Source: a bacterium
GTDB taxonomy: Bacteria; Patescibacteriota; Minisyncoccia; Phycocordibacterales; CAIZIN01
Assembly (NCBI GenBank): GCA_037131675.1
Contig: JBAXQO010000002.1
Coordinates: 15,166-79,165 of the forward strand
Reading direction: 5' to 3'
Length of the DNA: 64,000 nucleotides
Numbering within the stretch: the stretch's first letter is position 1; the number at the start of each line of letters is the position of its first letter. Below, piece by piece: positions 38,216 to 49,410 of the stretch. The position numbers and the translations under genes were made by a program. The notes beneath the pieces are model-generated. The model was given only the letters and a program-made list of their open reading frames with translations, was not told the origin of the DNA and did not search any database.

Positions 38216-39007
38216 TCAAGTCAAAGCTGCTACAAAGCGTGCGATGTAATATTCCAGAAATTCCTCCCTGGAGCTGTTCGCAAGGAACAGCATAATCACG
38301 TCTTCCATCGTCGCATTGTCCGAAAGTTCACCGACACGCTCCTGTTGATTCGAGAATGCCCGCTCTTCGCAGACTTCGAGAAACAGAGAGCGATCGTAGA
38401 ACAGATCCGGATTCGCGGCCAGAGTTGCCTTGATCTCTTCCGACAATGGTGTCGGCGCTCGATAGGCTTTGACTCGCTCGGTAAGCGTGGATATGAGCTC
38501 GATTTTTTCGACGACGCCGAAAAGGGATTGAGCTGTTTGACCCAGCATTCCATCGGATGTTAGCGAGAGTGTTGCGTTGAAGGTTCGTGGCACTGATTGC
38601 CATTCACCGCTCATTGCGACAGCATGCAAACCAACTTTCCATATTTCGTCGATCTCGAGGTTGTTGATGCAGAGGATTAAGCGCAAACCATGCGCCTGTT
38701 CCTTGCGGATCGTGATTGCTACACGAGCCCGCACGCCGTATCCATAGAGGATCTGACGCAGATCACTTTCGCTGTTGATTACCTTGGCACCGATCGGACG
38801 ACCAGTGCTTTTCTCTTGAACGAGGCGTTGAAGCTTATCACTGTAGAGACTGGGATTCGCGAGGACATGTTCCCGAGCCGATTTGCTTTCCGGGTATTCG
38901 TTCAGTTGATTGAAAATGCCGAGAAGGTCTCCTTTGGGCAACTGTGCTTTTTTGAAGAGCTCCAAGGCTTCCGCGGGACTCTTTGGTCCTTGAGAAGTGT
39001 TAATCAT
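38216..39007 (-). CDS. hypothetical protein (GC-rich orphan cassette)
   Basis: 263-aa ORF; TTGACA-16-TATAAT promoter, AAAGGA SD; 38281-38340 is 30/60 G+C versus 16/60 at 37741-37800. Confidence 0.75.
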   Translation of the reverse strand: MINTSQGPKSPAEALELFKKAQLPKGDLLGIFNQLNEYPESKSAREHVLANPSLYSDKLQRLVQEKSTGRPIGAKVINSESDLRQILYGYGVRARVAITIRKEQAHGLRLILCINNLEIDEIWKVGLHAVAMSGEWQSVPRTFNATLSLTSDGMLGQTAQSLFGVVEKIELISTLTERVKAYRAPTPLSEEIKATLAANPDLFYDRSLFLEVCEERAFSNQQERVGELSDNATMEDVIMLFLANSSREEFLEYYIARFVAALT

Positions 39008-39169
39008 GATGTCTATCCTTTCGTTGGTTTTTGAGTTGAACTTAATTGTGAAAAGGGCTTTTATTACCTATTCTTATTATATCACATTAAACACATTTGT
39101 CAAACACATAAAAAATTGGAGAGAATATTTTGAGACAAAAATTTATTTTATATGTTATTATTTCCCAAC

Positions 39170-40330
39170 ATGGACTACAATAAAAAATCACTAGAACTAC
39201 ACAAAAAATATAAAGGTAAGATTGAATTAAAATCAAAAGTGCCACTTAAAACAAAGATAGATTTGTCGCTCGCGTATACTCCTGGCGTGGCTGAGGTGTG
39301 TCGTTTGATACATAAAGACCCAAAAGCTGTTAACACTCACACACTTCGTGGAAACACTGTAGCTGTGGTTTCTGATGGTTCTGCTGTACTTGGGCTTGGA
39401 AATATTGGACCAAAAGCCGCAATGCCTGTGATGGAAGGTAAAGCTTTGCTTTTCAAGGAGTTTGCAAATGTTGATGCATTTCCAATTTGTCTCGATACAC
39501 AAGATCCTGAAAAAATAATTGAAATTGTAAAAGCATTAGCACCAACATTTGGTGGAATAAACTTAGAAGACATTTCCGCACCAAATTGTTTTTATATTGA
39601 AGAGCGACTTAAAAAAGAATTGGACATTCCTGTTTTCCATGACGACCAGCATGGTACTGCTATTGTAGTTTTAGCTGCGCTTTTGAATGCACTTAAACTT
39701 GTGAAGAAAAATGTTGCAGATATTAAGGTTGTAGTAAATGGCGCAGGTGCCGCTGCAACAGCTGTTGCGAAACTTCTCATTAAAGCTGGAGTTCCTGCGA
39801 AAGAAATGATTATTCTCGACAGTAAAGGCACTTTGTTTGATGGGCGAGGAGACTTGAACAGTGCAAAAGCAGAAATGGCGAAAGTAACCAACAAACAAAA
39901 AGTGTCTGGCGGTTTGGATGCGGCTTTGGTTGGCGCGGATGTGTTTATTGGAGTTTCTGTAGCAGGTGCGCTCAAACCAGAATTGGTTTCTCTTATGGCA
40001 GAAAAGCCAATCGTGTTTGCGATGGCAAATCCAAATCCTGAAATTTCATACGAAGATGCAAAGAAAGCAAACATTGCTGTGTTTGGAACTGGACGCTCAG
40101 ACTATCCAAACCAGATAAATAACGTACTTGCGTTCCCTGGTATTTTCCGCGGAGCATTTGATGTGGGCGCAACAAAAATCACCGATGATATGAAAATTGC
40201 TACAGCTCACGCCATCTCTTCACTTGTGAAAAAAGCGGAACTTACAAAAGATTATATTATTCCAAGTCCTTTTGATAGACGTGTTGCAAAAGTGGTTGCT
40301 CAAGCGGTAAAAAAATCTTTTAAGAAATAG
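39170..40330 (+). CDS. NAD(P)-dependent malic enzyme
   Basis: LAYTPGVA, DGSAVLGLG, MEGK, INLEDI, HDDQHGT, GAGAA, NQINN. Confidence 0.95.
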   Translation: MDYNKKSLELHKKYKGKIELKSKVPLKTKIDLSLAYTPGVAEVCRLIHKDPKAVNTHTLRGNTVAVVSDGSAVLGLGNIGPKAAMPVMEGKALLFKEFANVDAFPICLDTQDPEKIIEIVKALAPTFGGINLEDISAPNCFYIEERLKKELDIPVFHDDQHGTAIVVLAALLNALKLVKKNVADIKVVVNGAGAAATAVAKLLIKAGVPAKEMIILDSKGTLFDGRGDLNSAKAEMAKVTNKQKVSGGLDAALVGADVFIGVSVAGALKPELVSLMAEKPIVFAMANPNPEISYEDAKKANIAVFGTGRSDYPNQINNVLAFPGIFRGAFDVGATKITDDMKIATAHAISSLVKKAELTKDYIIPSPFDRRVAKVVAQAVKKSFKK

Positions 40331-40344
40331 TAGGATGTGAGCTT

Positions 40345-40394
40345 AAAAACACAGAACCTGCCCTGATACTTACCAGGGCAGGTTCTGTGTTTTT
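40345..40394 (+). terminator. long-stem terminator
   Basis: 21-bp perfect inverted repeat AAAAACACAGAACCTGCCCTG / CAGGGCAGGTTCTGTGTTTTT. Confidence 0.8.
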
Positions 40395-40427
40395 CATATG
40401 CCTGCTTTATGCTAAAATCAGCTTATT

Positions 40428-41654
40428 ATGCAAACATCATATACACCTTCCAAAAATATATTAGAAAAATACGCAAACGTACTTGTAAATTTTGCATTAA
40501 ATAATGGAAAGGGAATTAAGAAAGGAGACACGGTCCTTGTCCAAGGTAGTGAGTCTTGCCGACCTTTTTATCTTGAACTTTTGAAGGCTGTGTGGCGAGC
40601 GGGTGGTAATGCTATTCCACGCTACGCACATGATACTTATAGTGCTGATGATAACACTATGAAATTTTTCTATGAGAATGCTACCAAGGAACAGCTCGAA
40701 CATTTTCCAAAACATTACAATCGCGGACTTGTAGATGAAGTAGATCACTCAATATTTATAATTAGTGAAACAAACAAGAAAGCTCTTCAAGGTGTTGACC
40801 CTGCAAAAATGATGGCGAGAGGAAAAGTAATGAAACCTGCTATGGATTGGAGAAGAGAAAAAGAAAACGCAGGGAAATACACTTGGACTTTAGCTCTTTA
40901 TGGTACTCCCGCAATGGCAAAAGAAGCAAAGATGACAGAAAAAGAGTACTGGAATCAAATCATTAAGGCTTGTTTTTTGGATGAGAAAGATCCAGTAAAA
41001 AAATGGAAAGAAGTTTATAAACAAATGGCAATTTTGGAAAAGAAATTAAACAAACTGCCTATAGATAAACTTCACGTATTTGGCCAAGATGTTGATCTGT
41101 GGATTTCTCTCGGTGAAAAGCGAAAGTGGGTTGGTGGAGCTGGGAGGAACATTCCTAGTTTTGAATTATTTACTTCACCAGACTGGCGTGGGACAAACGG
41201 GACAATAAGATTTAACCAACCTTTGTATCGTTATGGAAATTTAATTGAGGGTGTCGAACTAGAATTTGAAAATGGAAAAGTGATAAAAAGTACTGCTAAG
41301 AAAAACGAAAAGGTTCTCAAGGAGATGGTTGCGACTGAACACGCTGATAAAGTTGGGGAATTTTCGCTTACCGATAAAAGATTTTCTCGTATTACAAGAT
41401 TTATGGCAGAGACTTTGTTCGATGAAAATATGGGCGGTCCTGAAGGAAATACACATATTGCTTTAGGAGCTTCTTATCACGATTGTTTCGACGGAGACCC
41501 TTCACAGATTCAAAAAGAAGAATGGGAGCGCTTAGGTTTCAATGATTCATCTGTTCATACAGATATTGTTTCTACAACTCCGAGAACTGTAACCGCATAT
41601 CTTCATAATGGAAAGAAAAAGATAATATACAAAGATGGGCAATTTATGCTTTAA
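40428..41654 (+). CDS. M29 aminopeptidase (AmpS/AmpT type)
   Basis: NIPSFELFTSP, GEF, LFDEN, HIALG..Y, S.VHTD. Confidence 0.92.
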   Translation: MQTSYTPSKNILEKYANVLVNFALNNGKGIKKGDTVLVQGSESCRPFYLELLKAVWRAGGNAIPRYAHDTYSADDNTMKFFYENATKEQLEHFPKHYNRGLVDEVDHSIFIISETNKKALQGVDPAKMMARGKVMKPAMDWRREKENAGKYTWTLALYGTPAMAKEAKMTEKEYWNQIIKACFLDEKDPVKKWKEVYKQMAILEKKLNKLPIDKLHVFGQDVDLWISLGEKRKWVGGAGRNIPSFELFTSPDWRGTNGTIRFNQPLYRYGNLIEGVELEFENGKVIKSTAKKNEKVLKEMVATEHADKVGEFSLTDKRFSRITRFMAETLFDENMGGPEGNTHIALGASYHDCFDGDPSQIQKEEWERLGFNDSSVHTDIVSTTPRTVTAYLHNGKKKIIYKDGQFML

Positions 41655-41663
41655 TAGAGGGCG

Positions 41664-42434
41664 ATGATTAATTCAAAAAAGCTTTTCTATATTGCTATTG
41701 GGGTACTCGTTGGACTTTTAATTGGGTATTTTCTTATTGCAAAACATATAATTACAGTTCCGAAAGCTGTGGAATTATTTTTTGTGATTTCATTTTCAGC
41801 ACTACTAGATAGTTTAAATCCATGTGCGTTTTCAATTTTGTTTTTAACTATTGGTTTTTTGTTTAGCTTGGGTCGTGATAGAGCACATGTGTTCAAAGCG
41901 GGACTTATGTATGTGTTTGGAATCATGGCAACATATATTCTTATTGGCCTTGGTATATTGAGAGTTCTAAGTTTTTTTAATGTTCCAAATGGTATGGCTA
42001 AGTTTGGTGCTGTTGCAATTATTGTATTTGGAGCTATTGGGTTGATTAATGAATTTTTTCCAGCATTTCCTATTAAACTTAAAATTCCCCATGTTGCACA
42101 TACGCTCATTGCAAAGTATATAGAAAAAGCATCTATGATAGGTTCACTTGTACTTGGTGTTGTTGTTGGTATATTTGAGTTTCCTTGTACTGGTGGGCCA
42201 TATCTTTTGGTGCTTGGTTTGCTTCATGATCAAGGGCAATTTTGGAGTGGTTTAGCTTATCTATTGTTTTATAACGCAGTATTTGTTCTACCTCTTTTCA
42301 TTGCACTTTTACTTTCTATTGATAAGCGAGTGGCTGAAAAAGTTGATACTTTGCGCCGTCAGGAAACAAAACAAGCACGGCTTTCTGTGGCTGTAATTAT
42401 GATTGCTTTAGGACTCATTATTTTCTTTGTTTAA
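41664..42434 (+). CDS. CcdA/DsbD-like transmembrane electron transporter
   Basis: DSLNPCAF and EFPCTGGPY cysteine pair; 6-7 TMs. Confidence 0.85.
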   Translation: MINSKKLFYIAIGVLVGLLIGYFLIAKHIITVPKAVELFFVISFSALLDSLNPCAFSILFLTIGFLFSLGRDRAHVFKAGLMYVFGIMATYILIGLGILRVLSFFNVPNGMAKFGAVAIIVFGAIGLINEFFPAFPIKLKIPHVAHTLIAKYIEKASMIGSLVLGVVVGIFEFPCTGGPYLLVLGLLHDQGQFWSGLAYLLFYNAVFVLPLFIALLLSIDKRVAEKVDTLRRQETKQARLSVAVIMIALGLIIFFV

Positions 42435-42496
42435 AGCGTAAGATTTTGTTGCTGAAGATGTTTTAGAATTTGCGGTTTTTTGGTATACTTTTGGAC

Positions 42497-43003
42497 ATGA
42501 CACAAACAACAATGACGATGGAAGAACTTGTGGCTAAAGTTCAAGAACTCAAAAAAGACGGACCAATAGACCTTTCTACAGAAGAGGACTTAGCTTTGGC
42601 TGTTATGAACCTAATTTCTCTAGAAGAACATTTGTTTTTTACGGGAGCAAAAACTGGCAACGATGCATACTGGGCAACTTCAAATGAGGTCCGTGAAATG
42701 CGAAAAAGTTTATTAGCACGAATGATTCCTAGGAACGAAGGTGAAACATGGTGTTCCTCTAAACATCTTCTTTCTGCAACAATGCGACTTATAGAAGTGG
42801 GCACAAAACTTTTTGCTGATGGTAAAAAAAATGAAGCAAAAGATATGTATGAAAAAGCACACGAATTATTTTCAATTTTCTGGGCTTTACGTTTGAAACT
42901 TGTGACTTTACCTGAGGCGGCTAAATCTACAGAAGGTGAAATAGGTGGGGTAATGACCACAAAAGATATTATGAATAAATTAGTAGATTGTTGTAAAGAA
43001 TAA
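42497..43003 (+). CDS. hypothetical helical protein with Cys motifs
   Basis: NLISLEEH, WCSSKHLL, C-terminal DCCKE; -10 box TATACT upstream. Confidence 0.75.
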   Translation: MTQTTMTMEELVAKVQELKKDGPIDLSTEEDLALAVMNLISLEEHLFFTGAKTGNDAYWATSNEVREMRKSLLARMIPRNEGETWCSSKHLLSATMRLIEVGTKLFADGKKNEAKDMYEKAHELFSIFWALRLKLVTLPEAAKSTEGEIGGVMTTKDIMNKLVDCCKE

Positions 43004-43007
43004 TTTT

Positions 43008-43373
43008 ATGAAACAAACATTTGCATGGATTGTTGTAGCGTTTGTGATTGCCGGAGGGTTTACATGGTACGCAATAAAGTCAAAAAATCCTAATGTACCA
43101 AATAAATATGATGCCTTTGCTCAATGTCTTGCTTCAAAACAGACAACTATGTACGGTGCTGCTTGGTGTTCGCATTGCCAGGCTCAAAAGAAAGAATTTG
43201 GTACTTCATTCAAATATGTTCCATATGTAGAATGTCCAGAAAATACAAAGCTATGTACTGATAAGGGTGTTGAAGGTTTCCCCACATGGATAAGTTCTGA
43301 AGGGAAAAAATTGGTTGGAGAACAAAGCTTTGAAAAATTAGCCGAGCTCAGTGGATGTCAGTTACCGCAATAA
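43008..43373 (+). CDS. membrane-anchored thioredoxin-fold protein
   Basis: TM, YGAAWCSHC, YVEC, FPTW cis-Pro. Confidence 0.88.
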   Translation: MKQTFAWIVVAFVIAGGFTWYAIKSKNPNVPNKYDAFAQCLASKQTTMYGAAWCSHCQAQKKEFGTSFKYVPYVECPENTKLCTDKGVEGFPTWISSEGKKLVGEQSFEKLAELSGCQLPQ

Positions 43374-43432
43374 ATATAAAATAAATAAAAAACAGAGAAT
43401 GACATTCTCTATTTTTTATTTAAGTGTTTAAT

Positions 43433-44947
43433 CTAGTCGATGAGAGAGACACCTGTCATCGCTCTTGGTTTTTCTAGTCCGAGAAGTTCTAGAATTGTGG
43501 GGGCTATGTCTGCAAGGGTTCCTGTTTTGAGTGTGTACTCTTTTTCCGTTAGAATTTCAGGTACGGGATTTGTCGTATGGGAAGTGTGTTTTGCACCTGT
43601 GATAGGGTCAATATTTATTTCTGCATTACCATGATCTGCAGTGATAAATGCGATACCGCCTTTTGCATGGCATGCCTCAATAACGCGTCCGAGTTGTTTA
43701 TCAGTTTCTTCAACGGCAGTAACAATTGCTGGCACATTTGCAGTGTGGCCAACCATGTCGGCGTTTGCAAAGTTGATGAAAATAAAATCTGTGCCTTTAT
43801 TTATTTCTTCGATTGCTTTGTCTGCTATACCCTCGGCACGCATTTTAGGTGCCATATCGTGAGTTGGTACGTCTTTGTGACTATCAAGCATAATATGTGT
43901 TTCGCCTGGGTATGGAGCCTCAACACCACCATTTAGGAAATATGTTGCATGAGGAAATTTTTCTGTTTCGGCTATGTGCGCTTGTGTGAGTCCTGCATTT
44001 GAAATTTCTTTTGCAAGGGTGGTTTCAATTTTTACTGGCATAAAAACTACCTCTACTTTTCCTTCAAAACGAGTATCATATTCTGTCAGAGTTATGATTT
44101 TCACATCCATATACTCAGTTTTTTCAATTTGTTTTTCTGTAATCATTCTTGCTCTATCTGCTCGAAAATTGAAAAAGAAAATGCCATCGTGAGGTTTTAT
44201 TGCACAACCTTTTTCTGTCGAACTGTAGCATACGATTGGTTCTAGAAGCTCATCTATTTTTCCTTCCTTATATAGATTTTCTACATAGTCTGAAGGTTTG
44301 ATTTCACAAACGCTCCCTTTAAGTTCAAACATTGCTTGCATGGTTTTATCAAGTCTGTCCCAGTTGTGGTCACGATCCATAGCATAAAATCTACCCGAAA
44401 TTGTTGCGATAAAACCAATTCCAATTTCGGCAATTTCTTCCTCCAGTGTTTTTATATATCCAGCCGCACTTTGTGGTGGAACATCACGACCGTCGGTAAA
44501 TATATGAATAGCAACTTTTTTTACATTATTATTTTTTGCTGCTCGTAAAAAAGCAAAAAGATGTTCATAATGACTGTGTACACCGCCGTCTGAAAGAAGT
44601 CCTTGTACATGGAGGGTTGAGTTGTTTTTATTTACATGTTCGAAGAGAGAAATGAACACAGGATTTTTTGCAAACTCTCCAGAGTCAATATTTTTCTTTA
44701 TACGAACAAGGTCTGTATCTACGGTTGTCCCTGCGCCGATAGTGGTGTGACCAACCTCGCTATTACCCATCTGGCCTTCTGGGAGCCCCACAGCAAGTCC
44801 AGATGCTCGGAGTAGGTTATGTGGATAATCTTTCCATAAAGTATCAAATACGGGTGTATTTGAAGCTTCGATAGCATTATCTTTTTTTTCTTCTCTATAG
44901 CCCCACCCGTCGAGAACTATTAACATAACTGGTTTTTTTGTTGTCAT
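43433..44947 (-). CDS. gpmI: 2,3-bisphosphoglycerate-independent phosphoglycerate mutase
   Basis: LDGWG, GQMGNSEVGH, GRFYAMDRD, NFRADR, ADMVGH, TADHGN. Confidence 0.97.
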   Translation of the reverse strand: MTTKKPVMLIVLDGWGYREEKKDNAIEASNTPVFDTLWKDYPHNLLRASGLAVGLPEGQMGNSEVGHTTIGAGTTVDTDLVRIKKNIDSGEFAKNPVFISLFEHVNKNNSTLHVQGLLSDGGVHSHYEHLFAFLRAAKNNNVKKVAIHIFTDGRDVPPQSAAGYIKTLEEEIAEIGIGFIATISGRFYAMDRDHNWDRLDKTMQAMFELKGSVCEIKPSDYVENLYKEGKIDELLEPIVCYSSTEKGCAIKPHDGIFFFNFRADRARMITEKQIEKTEYMDVKIITLTEYDTRFEGKVEVVFMPVKIETTLAKEISNAGLTQAHIAETEKFPHATYFLNGGVEAPYPGETHIMLDSHKDVPTHDMAPKMRAEGIADKAIEEINKGTDFIFINFANADMVGHTANVPAIVTAVEETDKQLGRVIEACHAKGGIAFITADHGNAEINIDPITGAKHTSHTTNPVPEILTEKEYTLKTGTLADIAPTILELLGLEKPRAMTGVSLID

Positions 44948-45060
44948 AAGTGAAAATATTGTATCTTTTTTGAAATGTTTAGCAACCTTTGACTATTTTT
45001 AGTAAGTTAAATTGACTTATTGGTTCAGTAAGTGTATTTTGTCTTTTGGATGTTGTTCTC

Positions 45061-45294
45061 ATGAATACACTTAATAAACAATCTGATGCAGAAGGGTTGC
45101 ACCTTGGCCCAGTAAAACTTTTTACCAAGAGTGAGTTTGATAAAAATTTTGGAACCCGCTTTGATTGGTCGAGAGTTGAGAAACTTCTCAAATTTTTAGG
45201 GGTGCAAAATGTTAACCATGTTGCCTTTGATGAAAGAGCAAATGTTTGGGCTCCGGTAAGTCGTAGTAAACTGATTACTGCGGCTAAATGCTAA
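45061..45294 (+). CDS. small hypothetical protein antisense between eno and gpmI
   Basis: 77-aa ORF with TTGACT upstream and own terminator AAGCGTACAAAT/ATTTGTACGTTTTT at 45301-45332. Confidence 0.5.
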   Translation: MNTLNKQSDAEGLHLGPVKLFTKSEFDKNFGTRFDWSRVEKLLKFLGVQNVNHVAFDERANVWAPVSRSKLITAAKC

Positions 45295-45384
45295 TTTTTG
45301 AAGCGTACAAATATGGATTTGTACGTTTTTTCTTATTAAAAAACACCCTTGCGTCAAAGGGTGTTTTTTAATTTTTCTTAAATT

Positions 45385-46698
<1,314 letters not shown>

Positions 46699-46835
46699 TT
46701 ATTATTAATACCGCAGTATTATATAGCACTTTGTTATTTTTTGAAAAATTGACAGAGGAGTGTTTTGTGTTAATCTTTTTCATCAGACTGTTCTTGAAAG
46801 ATTGAACAGAAAACAACCAACAGGAGGAATAAATA

Positions 46836-47567
46836 GTGAGTGATGAAAATTTGAAACGTTTGGATGGCCACGATATTTCCGTGATAATGAGGATGTTCGG
46901 CTTCTTCTTTAAAAAGTTTGCTCTTGTCTTGGTCAGTCGGCCAAGCACAGGAAAAGGGAAACTCGCGGGTGTTTTGGAAAGACTTGGCTTTGTGGCTGTG
47001 TCCTGTAGTGGGGCATTGACCGAAATGGCTGAAGCGGATCCTGAAAATCCGGAAATGCAGAAAATTCTGAAGGAACTGCGCAGTGGAGAACTTGTCGAGA
47101 AACATCATGTTCTCAGGGCTGTCCGCATGAAATTGGCGTTTAATCGTGGTGACTCAGCTATCGTTTTCGACGGCTTCCCACGAAAAGATGTTCAGGCTGT
47201 AGATCTGAAGCAGATTCTCGAAGACTTAAACCTTCCGTGTTTTGCCTTGGAGCTCAGATGTACTCGTGAGGAGGCGAATGTGCGCAGGTCTCAGCGTATC
47301 CATGAGGCTAGAGAAAATGGCAACCCTCCTCGCGAAGAGGATGTTAATGTGGAAAAGTGGAATAATCGCCAAGATCAATACGAAGAACATTACGCTTCTT
47401 TGAGAAAAACTCTATCGGAATTTGCGTGTTATCGTGTGATCGAGACAACTCACGGTTCAAGGCTCGAGAATCATTGCCTTGCTCTCAGAGAGATCATGGT
47501 CTTCATTGTCCTTACTCTTCTGAGGTTGCCAAAGGCGGTAAAAGACCGTTATTTCGCAAGGGTTTAG
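46836..47567 (+). CDS. divergent adenylate kinase-like NMP kinase (orphan cassette)
   Basis: SRPSTGKG P-loop variant, SGELV, DGFPR..Q, R.ED; GTG start with AGGAGG SD. Confidence 0.75.
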   Translation: MSDENLKRLDGHDISVIMRMFGFFFKKFALVLVSRPSTGKGKLAGVLERLGFVAVSCSGALTEMAEADPENPEMQKILKELRSGELVEKHHVLRAVRMKLAFNRGDSAIVFDGFPRKDVQAVDLKQILEDLNLPCFALELRCTREEANVRRSQRIHEARENGNPPREEDVNVEKWNNRQDQYEEHYASLRKTLSEFACYRVIETTHGSRLENHCLALREIMVFIVLTLLRLPKAVKDRYFARV

Positions 47568-47577
47568 TTCAGTTTGT

Positions 47578-47612
47578 AAAGCGCAGGTTCCGAAAGGATT
47601 CCTGCGCTTTTT
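47578..47612 (+). terminator. terminator after adk-like cassette
   Basis: AAAGCGCAGG...CCTGCGCTTTT. Confidence 0.75.
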
Positions 47613-47626
47613 ATTTTTATTTTTTC

Positions 47627-48289
47627 TTAATTCCTAATCGGAGCGTTTTTTATTATTTCCAGAATCTTGTCTTCGTCGTCTGTGATTGTGTATAGGTCTG
47701 TGTCTTCTGCACTAATGGTGTAGTGGTGTGAAAGCATATCTTCTTGTATGAGGGTGTTGAGGGGTTTCCAATATTCTTCGCCGACAAGAATTATTGGAAC
47801 TTTTTCAATTTTTCCAGTCTGCACAAGAGTGAGTACTTCGAAAAGCTCATCAAATGTACCAAAACCTCCCGGAAAGAAAAGATATGCCTCTGCGGCAAAC
47901 CACATCATTGTTTTTCGAGAGAAAAAGAAATTGAAATCAAGTTTTCCTGTTAAATAAGGGTTGTCTTTTTGTTCATGCGGAAGTTTTATTGTAAATCCTA
48001 TAGACTGCCCGCCTGCATCGTGAGCTCCCTTATTTGCAGCTTCCATAATACCTGGGCCTCCACCAGTCACAACAACATATTCTAATTCTTTAGCAACCCT
48101 GTATCCAATATGTTCTGCTTTTTTATAATAAACATCATCCGGTTTGAATCTTGCTGACCCAAAAAAGGTTACTGATTTTTTATAGCTATGAATATATTTA
48201 AATCCATCCTCGAATTCTTTGTGTATTGATAAAAGTCTTTCTTTCTCTGACATGTGTTCAATAGTGATCGCTTTTGTTTTTTCATTCAT
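47627..48289 (-). CDS. LOG family nucleotide phosphoribohydrolase (TIGR00730-like)
   Basis: FFGSAR, TGGGPGIMEAAN, PGGFGTFDE; start 48289 preferred. Confidence 0.92.
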   Translation of the reverse strand: MNEKTKAITIEHMSEKERLLSIHKEFEDGFKYIHSYKKSVTFFGSARFKPDDVYYKKAEHIGYRVAKELEYVVVTGGGPGIMEAANKGAHDAGGQSIGFTIKLPHEQKDNPYLTGKLDFNFFFSRKTMMWFAAEAYLFFPGGFGTFDELFEVLTLVQTGKIEKVPIILVGEEYWKPLNTLIQEDMLSHHYTISAEDTDLYTITDDEDKILEIIKNAPIRN

Positions 48290-48357
48290 ATAGAGAATAT
48301 TGTATGTGAATAACGATACTTTTGCAAAAATGAATTCTCGATGTAAAATGAAAGGAT

Positions 48358-48834
48358 ATGAAAAAACTTTCACGTAATCAAATAATAGCCGTTACTGTAG
48401 GTATAGTGTTGGTAGCTGGCTATGTTGCGTATTCATCATTTGGTTTGTCGTCTTCATTATCATTAAATAATCTTAGTTTAAATACAATGCAGCAAGGTTC
48501 AAATAATCAATCATCACAATTACTTGTAGAAGATATAACTGTAGGTACTGGTACAGAGGCTGTGGCCGGAAAGCATGTGACTGTAAATTATAAAGGAACA
48601 TTGATAGATGGAACTGTATTTGATAGTTCATATGAGCGTGGTACGCCTTTTGATTTTGATTTAGGAGCAGGACAGGTGATTGCTGGATGGGATCAAGGTC
48701 TTGTAGGAATGAAAGTTGGAGGTAAGAGAAAGCTTGTTATTCCAGCGACATTAGCATATGGAGATAGAGCGATAGGACCAATTCCTGCAAATTCCACTCT
48801 TGTATTTGAGGTTGAGCTTTTGGGAGTGAAATAA
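48358..48834 (+). CDS. FKBP-type peptidyl-prolyl isomerase, membrane-anchored
   Basis: [47 protein letters not shown]. Confidence 0.95.
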   Translation: MKKLSRNQIIAVTVGIVLVAGYVAYSSFGLSSSLSLNNLSLNTMQQGSNNQSSQLLVEDITVGTGTEAVAGKHVTVNYKGTLIDGTVFDSSYERGTPFDFDLGAGQVIAGWDQGLVGMKVGGKRKLVIPATLAYGDRAIGPIPANSTLVFEVELLGVK

Positions 48835-48943
48835 TTAAGTTTTATTTATTCAAAAAACCGCAATGAAATCGTTGTGGTTTTTTGTTATAAAAATAGTGCA
48901 AAAGAAAAAGAGGTCTGCTAGAAGCATGCCTCTTGGTTGTGGG

Positions 48944-49156
48944 TTATCTTACTAAAAAAGCCCTATTGTCTTTAACTGTGATATCACCTTGTCTATCGAG
49001 CCAGTGAATAAAATCTTTCAAACTTTGGCCGGAAGGAAGCAGTGTCATGCTGTATCTCCAAAGCCCAGGGATGTACACACCCCTCTTGAGTCTGCAAAGA
49101 ATTTCTTCCACTTCTATTCTACGACTAGGTAACTTATTTTTTGGTAATTGGGCCAT
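48944..49156 (-). CDS. small hypothetical protein
   Basis: 70-aa ORF with AGAAAGGA SD and hairpin at 48910-48933. Confidence 0.5.
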   Translation of the reverse strand: MAQLPKNKLPSRRIEVEEILCRLKRGVYIPGLWRYSMTLLPSGQSLKDFIHWLDRQGDITVKDNRAFLVR

Positions 49157-49249
49157 AAAACAAAGATCCTTTCTCTATAAAAAATATTAACATAAAGTAT
49201 GGTTTTAGTAAAATTATAGACTTGTTTTTTATATCATATATGATACAAT

Positions 49250-49410
49250 GCTCGCGGGTGAGAGATTGAAAATTTAAAAAATCTTCCCCTTGCGAGTCGG
49301 CGCCACAGGTTCCAATTCGCGAGGGGAAGAGAGTGATGAGCTCTGGCGAGTGTCTAGTCCGCACTACGCAAAAGTTTCCTCTCGTAAAGATACCAACCAT
49401 GGGAATCTTT
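49250..49410 (+). promoter_or_regulatory. structured GC-rich 5' leader with alternative pairings
   Basis: Segments 49250-66, 49281-97, 49315-30 and 49375-85 pair 1:2, 2:3, 3:4; promoter TTGTTT/TACAAT upstream. Confidence 0.6.

Noticed and set aside
49026-49043. CCGGAAGGAAGCAG resembling SRP RNA helix 8
   Set aside because: The required 5' CAGG partner and long flanking helix are absent, and it lies within an SD-led ORF on the opposite strand
49160-49190. CTCTATAAAAAA resembling the 3' part of a preQ1-I riboswitch near tgt
   Set aside because: No AGAGG-type 5' strand, 500 bp from tgt with a gene in between; it is the reverse complement of the SD region of the 49156 ORF
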